Translations under genes and position numbers: made by a program
Shown: piece by piece, positions 21,190 to 29,922 of the stretch
How positions within the stretch are numbered: position 1 is the first letter of the stretch
Layout of the letters: every line of letters starts with the position of its first letter
From: Chitinophagaceae bacterium
GTDB lineage: Bacteria; Bacteroidota; Bacteroidia; Chitinophagales; Chitinophagaceae
DNA: 64,000 nucleotides
Direction of reading: 5' to 3'
NCBI GenBank assembly: GCA_024508725.1
Contig: JANINS010000001.1
Span: forward strand, 55,837-119,836
The notes under the pieces: model-generated
Told to the model about the DNA's origin: nothing
The model's database searches: none
What the model saw: the letters and a program-made list of their open reading frames with translations, nothing else

Positions 21190-22266
21190 TTAGTTGAGTG
21201 ATCTAATATGTATTTCATAGTTCTTTATTTCATATTTAAAACGGGCTACTGCCTGCAATGCCTGTAGTGCTTCTTCGATTGTTTCGTTCTCAAATGAACC
21301 GATAAAGTGTAACTGCTGCACTTGCTTATCGTGGAATATGATATTCACATTATACCAGCGTTCCATTTTATCTGCCAACGTTTTAAAATCAATATCCCTG
21401 AACTCAAGCCTGTTGTACACCCATGCTGTTTCCTGTAAATGTGACGGAGTTACTGTACTATCAAGGTTTAATATCTTATATGCAGGATGTGCAGTGTGCA
21501 TTTTATCAGTTACAACAAACTGCTTATTGATGCTGAGTTTTTCATTGGGCTTTAAGAGTATTTCGTTCTGTTGAGGATCATTTCGATGTGTAACTGAAAT
21601 AGCTCCTCTTAATAATGTTGCTTCGATCTTTTCATCTTTCGGATAACACTTCACATTAAAAGCAGTTCCCAATACTTTGATGTTGATACCTTCTGCATGA
21701 ACAATGAAAGGCTTCTCAGGCATTTTCACCACATCGAAATAAGCTTCTCCTATCAACTGCACTTCTCTCAACTTCCCATTAAAATTCTTCTGGTACAATA
21801 ATCTTGAACCTGAGTTCAGCCAAACCCTGGAACCATCAGGTAAGATCAATTGCGAACGACTACCATTTTGTGTTGTGATACTATCGCTGTAATCAGGTAA
21901 AGCCACTAAAGATTGTGGCCGGTTCTGTGAACTTGTATATATGAATACAGATACAGCAATAATGAGTACAGAAGCTGCAGCCATCCACCACAAACGTTTA
22001 GAACGAGATGGTTTCATTTCAATTACTTCCCCCAGCTCTGTTTCGCTTTCTCTTTGTTTGGCTTTTCTCAGCAGCTTTTCGAGTGTGCCTGCACCGTGTG
22101 AAGATTTTAGTTGAGCTGGTGTCCAAAGCTCCTGCAACGTGGCATATTGTTGTTGCAGTGCAACATCTTGCTGCAACAATGATTGTAATTCCTTTCTCTC
22201 CAATTCCGAAGCCTCATTGCTAAGACTTCGGGCCATTAAATACCAGACCCGGTTATGTGCAAGCAT
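21190..22266 (-). CDS. FecR-family anti-sigma factor / transmembrane sensor
   Basis: Has the N-terminal anti-sigma region, a single TM helix and the periplasmic FecR domain. Confidence 0.8.
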   Translation of the reverse strand: MLAHNRVWYLMARSLSNEASELERKELQSLLQQDVALQQQYATLQELWTPAQLKSSHGAGTLEKLLRKAKQRESETELGEVIEMKPSRSKRLWWMAAASVLIIAVSVFIYTSSQNRPQSLVALPDYSDSITTQNGSRSQLILPDGSRVWLNSGSRLLYQKNFNGKLREVQLIGEAYFDVVKMPEKPFIVHAEGINIKVLGTAFNVKCYPKDEKIEATLLRGAISVTHRNDPQQNEILLKPNEKLSINKQFVVTDKMHTAHPAYKILNLDSTVTPSHLQETAWVYNRLEFRDIDFKTLADKMERWYNVNIIFHDKQVQQLHFIGSFENETIEEALQALQAVARFKYEIKNYEIHIRSLN

Positions 22267-22344
22267 GTTTTTTCTCTCGTTAGTGATCGCTACTGGTAAA
22301 GACAGCGGAATTCACTTTATCTCCTAAAAGAAAAATAACTTTTT

Positions 22345-22935
22345 TTAAAAAAAACTGTAGCTGAGCCTTTGCAGGATACCTGGGCGTTTTTTATTCAACT
22401 GAACAGCAGCACATATCCTTTTAACCGCAATAGCCATCTGGGCATCAATGGTTTTGATAGAGATATTGAGTATTCCTGCCACTTCTTTGTACTGTAACCC
22501 ATCTTCCCGTACGAGTTTAAATATCATCTTACACCTGGCAGGCAATGCTTCGATGGCCTCATTCATCTTTTGCATCAACTCCTGTGTTACCAATACCTCG
22601 TATGGTGTTTGACCAAGTGGCTGCAATTCAATATGAAGAAAATCAAAAGGTGCTGTTACAATATCGTACGACCGTTTAGAAAGTATATTCAGTGAGCGGT
22701 TCTTTACAGAAGTGTAGAGGTAAACTGTTATGTCTTTGATATCAGTGATCTTTTTGCGATTGCACCATACCTGTATAAAAACATCTTCTACTGTTTCTTC
22801 TGCGGTATATTTTGAACGGGTAATACTATAGCTAAAGCGAATGAGCTTATCTCTGAAAAGATTATAGAGCTCGGCAAACGCATGTTCGTCGTCGCCGGCA
22901 ATCCGATGAAGTATATCAGGCAGGCAAGTTGTCAT
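22345..22935 (-). CDS. ECF-type RNA polymerase sigma-70 factor
   Basis: Contains sigma-70 regions 2 and 4 and is paired with FecR. Confidence 0.85.
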   Translation of the reverse strand: MTTCLPDILHRIAGDDEHAFAELYNLFRDKLIRFSYSITRSKYTAEETVEDVFIQVWCNRKKITDIKDITVYLYTSVKNRSLNILSKRSYDIVTAPFDFLHIELQPLGQTPYEVLVTQELMQKMNEAIEALPARCKMIFKLVREDGLQYKEVAGILNISIKTIDAQMAIAVKRICAAVQLNKKRPGILQRLSYSFF

Positions 22936-23194
22936 GGCTATACAATCGCTTGTAAAGGTATAAAGAAAGCAATAACCGAATCAGGTAATCAGCGTAAATA
23001 ACCAGAAAAGCCATATATGGATAGCTGATTTAAATCAGTTGTTACCAAAAACATATTTCATTTCCTTTGCAATTGTAAAGATTTTCGTTTCATTCTTATT
23101 GCGATTGGCAAACGCCAACGTATTTGTATTGCAGTTACTTTACATTGCTGCATCAGGATTGATCTTCTAATTACCATTTTACAAAACGGAACTG

Positions 23195-24622
23195 ATGAAA
23201 AAAATATTCATTGCCTCTTTATTGCTTTACACAACATTAGGATTTGCACAACCAGGCAAGCAGGTAACTATTTATACTACGGCTGATAGTACGGATTACC
23301 GCATTACCCAAACCGGAACGGCATCATTCAAAGCAATGCCGCAGCCTTTGGAAACACAACCATGCATCTTTATCAACCCTGCTAAGAAATTTCAAAGCTT
23401 TATTGGTATTGGAGCTGCACTCACAGATGCATCGGCAGAAACATTTGCTACCTTACCTAAAGAACAGCAGGCAAAATTTTTAGAAGCTTACTATCATCCC
23501 GATAAAGGCATAGGATATACACTTGCAAGAACCACTATTCACAGCTGCGATTTCTCAAGCGGAAGCTACACTTATGTAAAAGATGGCGACAAAGAATTAA
23601 AGAGTTTTAGTATCGATCACGACAGGCAATACCGAATTCCATTTATCAAACAGGCAATTGCTGCTGCAGGAGGAAAACTCACCATGTTTGTAAGTCCGTG
23701 GAGTCCGCCAGCCTGGATGAAAGACAACAATAACATGTTACAAGGTGGTAAGCTCAAACCAGAATACTATCAAAGCTGGGCAAATTATTTTGTAAAATTT
23801 ATCAAGGCGTATGAGAAAGAAGGTATACCCGTTTGGGGAACTACCATTCAGAATGAGCCTATGGCAAAACAGACATGGGAATCCTGCATTTTTACCGCCG
23901 AGGAAGAACTTACATTTTTAAAGAAATACTTAGGTCCAGCTTTTCAAAAGCAGGGATTGGCCAACAAGAAGATCATTGGATGGGATCACAACAGGGATCT
24001 TATCTATCAGAGAGCAAATACATTGCTTAAAGATCCTGAAGCAAAAAAATATCTCTGGGGAATTGGTTATCACTGGTATGAAGACTGGAGTGGTGGTGAT
24101 CAAATGCATCAGAATGTAAAGCTGGTGAAAGAATCATATCCAAACGTAAACCTGCTTTTTACAGAAGGATGTAATGGCCCTTTCCGCTTTGATAGTATGT
24201 ACAACTGGAAGTTGGGTGAATCTTATGCAAGATCAATGATCAACGACTTTAATAATGGTGCTGTTGGCTGGACCGATTGGAATATTTTATTAGATGAGAA
24301 GGGAGGTCCTAACCATGTAAAGAACTTTTGCTTTGCGCCTGTACATGCCAATACCAAAACAGGTGAATTATATTTTACCAATGAATATTATTACATCGGT
24401 CACTTTTCTAAGTTCATTCGTCCCGGTGCAACAAGAATCACCAGTTCCTCAAGCAGAAGCCCGTTAGAAACAACTGCTTTTGAGAATGCCGATGGAAAGA
24501 TCGTTACCATTGTATTGAACAGAACCAATCAAAAGATCGATTATTATTTATGGAAAGATGGTGAAGCTGCAGCGTTAACAAGCCTGCCACACTCTATTTC
24601 TACATTGATCGTATCAAAATAA
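23195..24622 (+). CDS. GH30 family glycoside hydrolase (beta-1,6-glucanase-like)
   Basis: Has a signal peptide and the GH30 blocks FVSPWSPPAWMK and QNEP. It is divergently transcribed from the ECF sigma gene. Confidence 0.8.
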   Translation: MKKIFIASLLLYTTLGFAQPGKQVTIYTTADSTDYRITQTGTASFKAMPQPLETQPCIFINPAKKFQSFIGIGAALTDASAETFATLPKEQQAKFLEAYYHPDKGIGYTLARTTIHSCDFSSGSYTYVKDGDKELKSFSIDHDRQYRIPFIKQAIAAAGGKLTMFVSPWSPPAWMKDNNNMLQGGKLKPEYYQSWANYFVKFIKAYEKEGIPVWGTTIQNEPMAKQTWESCIFTAEEELTFLKKYLGPAFQKQGLANKKIIGWDHNRDLIYQRANTLLKDPEAKKYLWGIGYHWYEDWSGGDQMHQNVKLVKESYPNVNLLFTEGCNGPFRFDSMYNWKLGESYARSMINDFNNGAVGWTDWNILLDEKGGPNHVKNFCFAPVHANTKTGELYFTNEYYYIGHFSKFIRPGATRITSSSSRSPLETTAFENADGKIVTIVLNRTNQKIDYYLWKDGEAAALTSLPHSISTLIVSK

Positions 24623-24639
24623 AATTTAGAAGTTAGCTA

Positions 24640-24676
24640 AATGAGAAGAGGGTTGCAATGCAGCCCTCTTCTGTTT
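24640..24676. terminator. bidirectional hairpin terminator between GH30 and mutS2
   Basis: Stem AGAAGAGGG / CCCTCTTCT with an 11-nt loop. Confidence 0.5.
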
Positions 24677-24689
24677 ACCGGAATAATTT

Positions 24690-26792
24690 CTATTGCTCTT
24701 CTTTCTTTTCTACCGGAACCAGATCACTCAACTCAACATTCATCGGTATCACACCTATTTGTACGATCGCTCTTTTACCACGAATCTCTTTCACCTCACC
24801 TACCTGGTAATTCTTCTTCAGTTTTACCAAAGAGCCTACTTCAATTTCCTTATTCAGTTCTTTGTATTTGGAACTCACTTTCTTCTCAAGCTTATTTACA
24901 ACAACCGCTTCTTTTTTCTTGAATAAAAGATCCTGCAGGTTCTTTATCACCTGTGATTTATCTTCCGATTTGCGGTAATCCAAAACGATCTGACGAAGTT
25001 TCCGCTCCATATCTTTAAGGTAAGCGATACGTTCTTCGGTAATGCGGTTCTGCTGCCTTAACAATTCTACCTGCTGGCGATGTCGCTCTTTATCCATCAC
25101 CACTTCCATTTCTTTCTTCAGCCGCTCATTCTCTTTCAAGAGTTTTTGCAGCTCACCTTTTTCTTTTCCCAGTTTCTGAAGATCCTGTTCTGTTCTGTTC
25201 AACAGTTTATCTAAACGAAAATGATCTTCATCCACCAGCTTTCTTGCACGACTTATCAAATGCTGCGGCAACCCGATTCTTTCTGCAATAGAAAAAGTAT
25301 AAGAGCTACCCGGCTTACCAACATTTAGTTTATACATTGGCATCAGGTTCTTCTCATCAAACTGCATGGCACCATTTAAAATACCGGGTGTGTGATTGGC
25401 CATCACCTTTAAATTCAAATAATGCGTTGTAACGATGCCGTAAGAATGTTTTCTGTTCAACTCTTCCATGATCACTTCTGCAAATGATCCCCCCAAATTC
25501 GGATCGCTACCACTTCCCAGTTCATCAATGAAGAACATCGTTTTGCCATTTGCATTCTCTATGAAATATTTCATATGCAGCAAATGCGACGAATAAGTAC
25601 TCAACTCAAACTCGATGCTTTGTGTATCGCCAATATGAATGAACAATTGTTTGAATATTCCCATCTGGCTATTGGGAGAAACCGGAACCAGCAATCCGCT
25701 CTGCAACATCATCTGGTTCAATCCAACCGTTTTCATGGTAACTGTTTTACCTCCTGCATTCGGACCACTGATCACCAGTATCCTTGCTTTCTCATCCAGC
25801 TTTAACGTAACCGGTATGGTTGGCTTACCATTCTTCTTATTGTATAAATATAATAATGGATGATAGGCATTCTGCAGGTCAACGATCGCTTTATCATACA
25901 CATTCGGAAGATTGCCATGCATCTCAACTCCCAATTTTCCTTTCGCCCTGATGAAATCAAATTCACCGATCACTTCCAACCATGTTTGTAACAATGAACT
26001 ATATGCTGAAAGTTTACTGGTAAGTTCTCGTAATATTCGCTGCACTTCTCTTCTCTCATCACCTTCTAAAGAATACACTTCGTTATTCAGCTCTATCGTT
26101 TCCTCTGGTTCAATAAAAGCCGTTCTCCGGCTATCACTTTCTCCATGCAGAATTCCTTTTACCTGCCGTTTGTATTCACTGAACACCGCTACCACTCTTC
26201 TTCCGTTGCTGAAACTCTCTTCGATATCTGCCGTATAACCACTCTTCGCCAGTTTCGCTACTACTTTCTCGAAAGCTCTTCTCAGTTCGTTGCGTTTGCG
26301 ATAAAGGTTCATACGGATACGCTGCAAGTCTTCCGATGCATCATCCTTTACATTACCTCCATCATCCAGCACATCGTCGATCATCTCTATGATCACTTTC
26401 TCATAATACGTTGCGGCGATCACTTGTGTTAATGCAGGAAAACCGGAACGCCTGTCATTATCAAACCAGCGAAATATCGAAGCAATATTCTCTGCCAACT
26501 TTCTTACCTGCATGAACTGCTCACCACTCAACGTTGCACCCGGAATACCGAGTAACTTAATATCTCTGCTAATGTTCTGTGTAAAATCAGAAGGAAAATA
26601 AACACTCTGTTCCAGCAACAATTTAAATTCATGTGTTTGGTTCAGCTCAAGATCAATGTAATCTTTCTTTGTATGGATACGGAGTTCAGCCGATTTCGCT
26701 TTTGCATACTCCGTTCTGCAATACTCTACCAGTAACGCTTTTACTTTATCAAACTCCAGTTGAAACACCGCACTTTCAGGATACAAACGCAT
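24690..26792 (-). CDS. MutS2-family protein (MutS domain V ATPase), apparently without the C-terminal Smr nuclease domain
   Basis: Walker A motif GPNAGGKTV, a MutS2-like N-terminus and a coiled-coil region. The C-terminal end is KOW-like rather than Smr. Confidence 0.75.
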   Translation of the reverse strand: MRLYPESAVFQLEFDKVKALLVEYCRTEYAKAKSAELRIHTKKDYIDLELNQTHEFKLLLEQSVYFPSDFTQNISRDIKLLGIPGATLSGEQFMQVRKLAENIASIFRWFDNDRRSGFPALTQVIAATYYEKVIIEMIDDVLDDGGNVKDDASEDLQRIRMNLYRKRNELRRAFEKVVAKLAKSGYTADIEESFSNGRRVVAVFSEYKRQVKGILHGESDSRRTAFIEPEETIELNNEVYSLEGDERREVQRILRELTSKLSAYSSLLQTWLEVIGEFDFIRAKGKLGVEMHGNLPNVYDKAIVDLQNAYHPLLYLYNKKNGKPTIPVTLKLDEKARILVISGPNAGGKTVTMKTVGLNQMMLQSGLLVPVSPNSQMGIFKQLFIHIGDTQSIEFELSTYSSHLLHMKYFIENANGKTMFFIDELGSGSDPNLGGSFAEVIMEELNRKHSYGIVTTHYLNLKVMANHTPGILNGAMQFDEKNLMPMYKLNVGKPGSSYTFSIAERIGLPQHLISRARKLVDEDHFRLDKLLNRTEQDLQKLGKEKGELQKLLKENERLKKEMEVVMDKERHRQQVELLRQQNRITEERIAYLKDMERKLRQIVLDYRKSEDKSQVIKNLQDLLFKKKEAVVVNKLEKKVSSKYKELNKEIEVGSLVKLKKNYQVGEVKEIRGKRAIVQIGVIPMNVELSDLVPVEKKEEQ

Positions 26793-26845
26793 ACAAGCAA
26801 ACCCTTTCTTTTATTGAGCCAGCAAAGGTACAGGAATCAGCTGCT

Positions 26846-26865
26846 GTTGCGTCGCACTCTTGTAC
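26846..26865. repeat. 20-bp recurring intergenic element GTTGCGTCGCACTCTTGTAC
   Basis: Exact copy of the element at 42646..42665. The reverse-complement copy is at 55199..55218. Confidence 0.7.
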
Positions 26866-26969
26866 TATAGAAACATTGTTCAACATATTTCTCTCAACTT
26901 TCTCTCATCCATAACACATGGCCCTAAAACCATTTCTTTTTAAATGCTTTATTACTACTCTGGCTATAG

Positions 26970-27575
26970 TATTTTTCTCCAAATCATCTACCTTCCTGTA
27001 AATATTTCACTATCGAACACCTCCTCCACCATCTCAAAAACTATCATAACCTCAGCACGGAGGCACAGAATGCTGTTGCTGAATGTTTTCAACAGCAGAT
27101 ATATGCTAAAGGAGATCACCTGTTAACTGAAGGAAAGACCTGCAGATACCTGTACTTTATGCAGCAAGGTGTCGTTCGTGGTTACTACACCCTCGAAGGC
27201 AAAGAAGTTACGTACTGGTTTGCTTTTGAAGATGATTTTGTCACCTCGTTTCACAGCTTTATTACGAAGCAACCTTCGGTAGAAAACATACAGTTTCTCG
27301 AAGGCAGCATTGTTTGGGCTATCTCAAAAGACGATCTGAATAAACTGTTAGATCAATACCACGAAATAGAAACATTGTTACGCATTGCTTATGAAAAATA
27401 TTACATCAGGCTGGAAGAAAGGTTTGTAAATGCTCAATTCAAAACCGCTACAGAGCGTTACCAGGAATTACTACAGCAGTCACCACATTTCCTCAACCGT
27501 GTGCCTTTGGGTTATATCGCATCTTACCTAGGCATAAGCCAGGAAACACTTAGCCGTATTCGGAGTAAGCTTTAA
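26970..27575 (+). CDS. Crp/Fnr-family transcriptional regulator (cNMP-binding domain plus C-terminal HTH)
   Basis: The cNMP-binding domain starts in-frame at about 27012 (EHLLHHLKNY...GDHLLTEGKTCRYLYFM). There is no ATG, GTG or TTG between the upstream stop at 26967 and the first ATG at 27159. The gene is therefore either a non-canonical-start gene or N-terminally disrupted. Confidence 0.6.
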   Translation, partial: YFSPNHLPSCKYFTIEHLLHHLKNYHNLSTEAQNAVAECFQQQIYAKGDHLLTEGKTCRYLYFMQQGVVRGYYTLEGKEVTYWFAFEDDFVTSFHSFITKQPSVENIQFLEGSIVWAISKDDLNKLLDQYHEIETLLRIAYEKYYIRLEERFVNAQFKTATERYQELLQQSPHFLNRVPLGYIASYLGISQETLSRIRSKL

Positions 27576-27593
27576 CACATCCTGTTTGTTTTT

Positions 27594-27607
27594 TTGACAA
27601 AGGTCAA
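27594..27607. promoter_or_regulatory. Crp/Fnr-type palindromic box TTGAC-AAAG-GTCAA
   Basis: Perfect 5+5 inverted repeat with a 4-nt spacer. It lies between the Crp-family gene and yiaAB. Confidence 0.5.
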
Positions 27608-27634
27608 AAATCATCCATCCATATCAATGCAGTT

Positions 27635-28135
27635 TTGTTGCATCAAAATAAAAAGTATATGGAACAAAAACATGTTTCTATTGCACCTTCACCTGCTTTC
27701 GTTGGTGCCTCATGGACAGCTTTACTTACAGGTGTAACTGCATACATCATCGGCCTGTGGAATGCCGAGATGCAGCTAAACGAGAAAGGTTATTACTTCA
27801 CTGTGCTTATGTTTGGATTATTCTCTGCCATCTCTGTACAAAAAGCAGTGCGTGACCAGATCGAGGGAATTCCTGTCACCAATCTTTATTATGGTATTGC
27901 ATGGTTCTGCACTTTACTTTCTATTGTATTGCTCACTGTTGGCTTGTGGAATGCAGATCTGCTGAGAAGTGAAAAAGGTTTTTATGCCATGAGCTTTGTA
28001 CTGAGTATTTTCTCATCTATCGCAGTACAAAAGAACACAAGAGATCAACGCATTGCAGACAGGGAAAAAGAAGAAGTTATTACGACTAATAAACCTGCAG
28101 CCCCAACACGTATCAGTACAACGATCATTTCGTAA
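27635..28135 (+). CDS. YiaA/YiaB family inner-membrane protein (two copies of the YiaAB two-helix domain)
   Basis: Internal duplication: GLWNAEMQLNEKGYYF..SVQKAVRDQ and GLWNADLLRSEKGFYA..AVQKNTRDQ. Confidence 0.65.
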   Translation: MLHQNKKYMEQKHVSIAPSPAFVGASWTALLTGVTAYIIGLWNAEMQLNEKGYYFTVLMFGLFSAISVQKAVRDQIEGIPVTNLYYGIAWFCTLLSIVLLTVGLWNADLLRSEKGFYAMSFVLSIFSSIAVQKNTRDQRIADREKEEVITTNKPAAPTRISTTIIS

Positions 28136-28222
28136 ACGAATATGTTATTTCAATCCTAACCCTCCCTCATTACTGAAGAGAATAACAAAAGAATATTATC
28201 TTCAAACACTTAACTTATACAC

Positions 28223-28744
28223 ATGAAACAGTTGTTGACTTTTGTTTTTCTTTTTTCAGCATTGATCTCTTACTCTCAACAGCAATCTAAAGCAGAGCTA
28301 ATAAAAGAACTCGCAGCTATTCTGAATAAAGCATCCGGTATAAACTGGAAATCATCTGAATTAACAACTACGATCAAATCTCAAACTGCAACTGAAAGCC
28401 AGGTTACCACTTTGGTTTACAGGAAAGGCTATTCTGAAGAAGACGGCACAGTAGATAAAGTGTATACCAATATTTATTTAGTAAGCTGGGATAGCTTGCA
28501 AAAAAGCTCCACGGTTGCCCCTGCTAATAAAAAATTCGCTATGTCTGGCTGTTCTGAAACAGGCAACTACTGTTCTTTTCAGTTATCCTTTAAACCTTAT
28601 TCTTTAAAAACAATAGAATACAATCACCAGGAAGACTACTCCAGCTACAACACATGGTTTAATGTTTATGTAAGGAAAGAAGACCAGGAAAAATTCTTTG
28701 CCTGCCTGCAAAAATTATATAAAGTGTTGCATCCAAATGAATAA
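28223..28744 (+). CDS. hypothetical secreted protein
   Basis: Has a signal peptide and no recognisable domain. Confidence 0.4.
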   Translation: MKQLLTFVFLFSALISYSQQQSKAELIKELAAILNKASGINWKSSELTTTIKSQTATESQVTTLVYRKGYSEEDGTVDKVYTNIYLVSWDSLQKSSTVAPANKKFAMSGCSETGNYCSFQLSFKPYSLKTIEYNHQEDYSSYNTWFNVYVRKEDQEKFFACLQKLYKVLHPNE

Positions 28745-28765
28745 ACAGATGTTGTAAGAAATATT

Positions 28766-29668
28766 TCAATTATTCATCTTAGAACTAAAAAGATCGAAGT
28801 TTCCGTTCTTTATCACAGCTACGATCCTGAAACCGATATTGTTCTGTGGAACCGTCATCGCAAATCTGGATGTTACTTTACAATCCTGCGAATCATCTAT
28901 AAATGATCCGCCAAACACCTGGTCAGAATCCATCACCATTTCAGCAACGTTGCCGCACATATTCATCAGGCCAATAGCATTAACATTACCATTGTTCACA
29001 ACAGATGGAATCAACTCACCCGTATTCAGGTCATCGCAATAACTTCTTGAAACCACGGTGTTATTCTGTTGCACTCTTAGCTTTACTCTTGCTGAGACGA
29101 TCGAATCCCTTTGACCTTCAGCCGCCATCATCCATTCTGCTTCTGTTGGAAGCCTGAAGTACACATTCGATGGTAAACGCCAGCCTTTCTTGTCATTATT
29201 ATTATCGTACAATTCTTTATATGCCCTTGTGCGAAGTTCGCAATACATCAATGCCTGTTGTTTAGAGATATTCACTATCGGTCGTTGAGCAACATAAGGA
29301 TCGTAACTAACATTTGTATCCAAAACCACATCACGTACAACCCTGGGTTGCAAATTAGAAGCTGCATCCTGCAAACTATATATTTCTTCCAGCGAAATAG
29401 TTTGATTCATACTATGCTGGTAACCCGTCCACCCGGTATAGTTAGGATAAGGGAAAGCCTCCTCAAACTTATCATAACTACCGAAAAAGAATTTCATTAC
29501 ATGAAGAAACTCGGCGTAATCGGCAATACTGATCTCTGTTTCAGAAATGAACACACTGTCGTTTAACTGAACAAAACCCGGCCATTTAAACGGCTTCTCT
29601 TTTCCCTGGCTAAAGCATTCTACAGAAGCCAGTACCAATAAATAAATAATGAGTACCAATCTTTTCAT
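28766..29668 (-). CDS. FGE-sulfatase (SUMF1/formylglycine-generating enzyme) domain protein, secreted
   Basis: Has a signal peptide. The C-terminal blocks RLPTEAEWMMAA and GNVAEMVMD...GGSF are typical of the FGE/GldJ/GldK/PorK fold. Confidence 0.65.
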   Translation of the reverse strand: MKRLVLIIYLLVLASVECFSQGKEKPFKWPGFVQLNDSVFISETEISIADYAEFLHVMKFFFGSYDKFEEAFPYPNYTGWTGYQHSMNQTISLEEIYSLQDAASNLQPRVVRDVVLDTNVSYDPYVAQRPIVNISKQQALMYCELRTRAYKELYDNNNDKKGWRLPSNVYFRLPTEAEWMMAAEGQRDSIVSARVKLRVQQNNTVVSRSYCDDLNTGELIPSVVNNGNVNAIGLMNMCGNVAEMVMDSDQVFGGSFIDDSQDCKVTSRFAMTVPQNNIGFRIVAVIKNGNFDLFSSKMNN

Positions 29669-29922
29669 TTGTTCCCGTTCTATTGATTCTTAATGTCCAA
29701 CCTGTCATAAATACGCTGTACCAAACAATATGCCTGATGCCGGGTGACAGAATCTTGAAGTGGGAATTGTAATGACTATGATATATTGAACCGGCTGTAT
29801 AAGTAAATATCGAGAACCAAAAAGAATTCGCATCAAAACCTATCGATATTATATTACAATGATGCTTGTACTGATATGTTTGTTACATTGATTCATTAAG
29901 AGAATTTATACATTCTCACTTA

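Noticed and set aside
24641-24926. Two plus-strand ORFs (93 and 77 aa) overlapping the 3' end of mutS2
   Set aside because: They are antisense to the MutS2 coding region and span the bidirectional terminator. They are not plausible genes.
26944-27126. The 60-aa ORF upstream of the Crp-family gene
   Set aside because: It overlaps, in another frame, the in-frame N-terminal cNMP-binding region of the regulator, and its translation is low-complexity.
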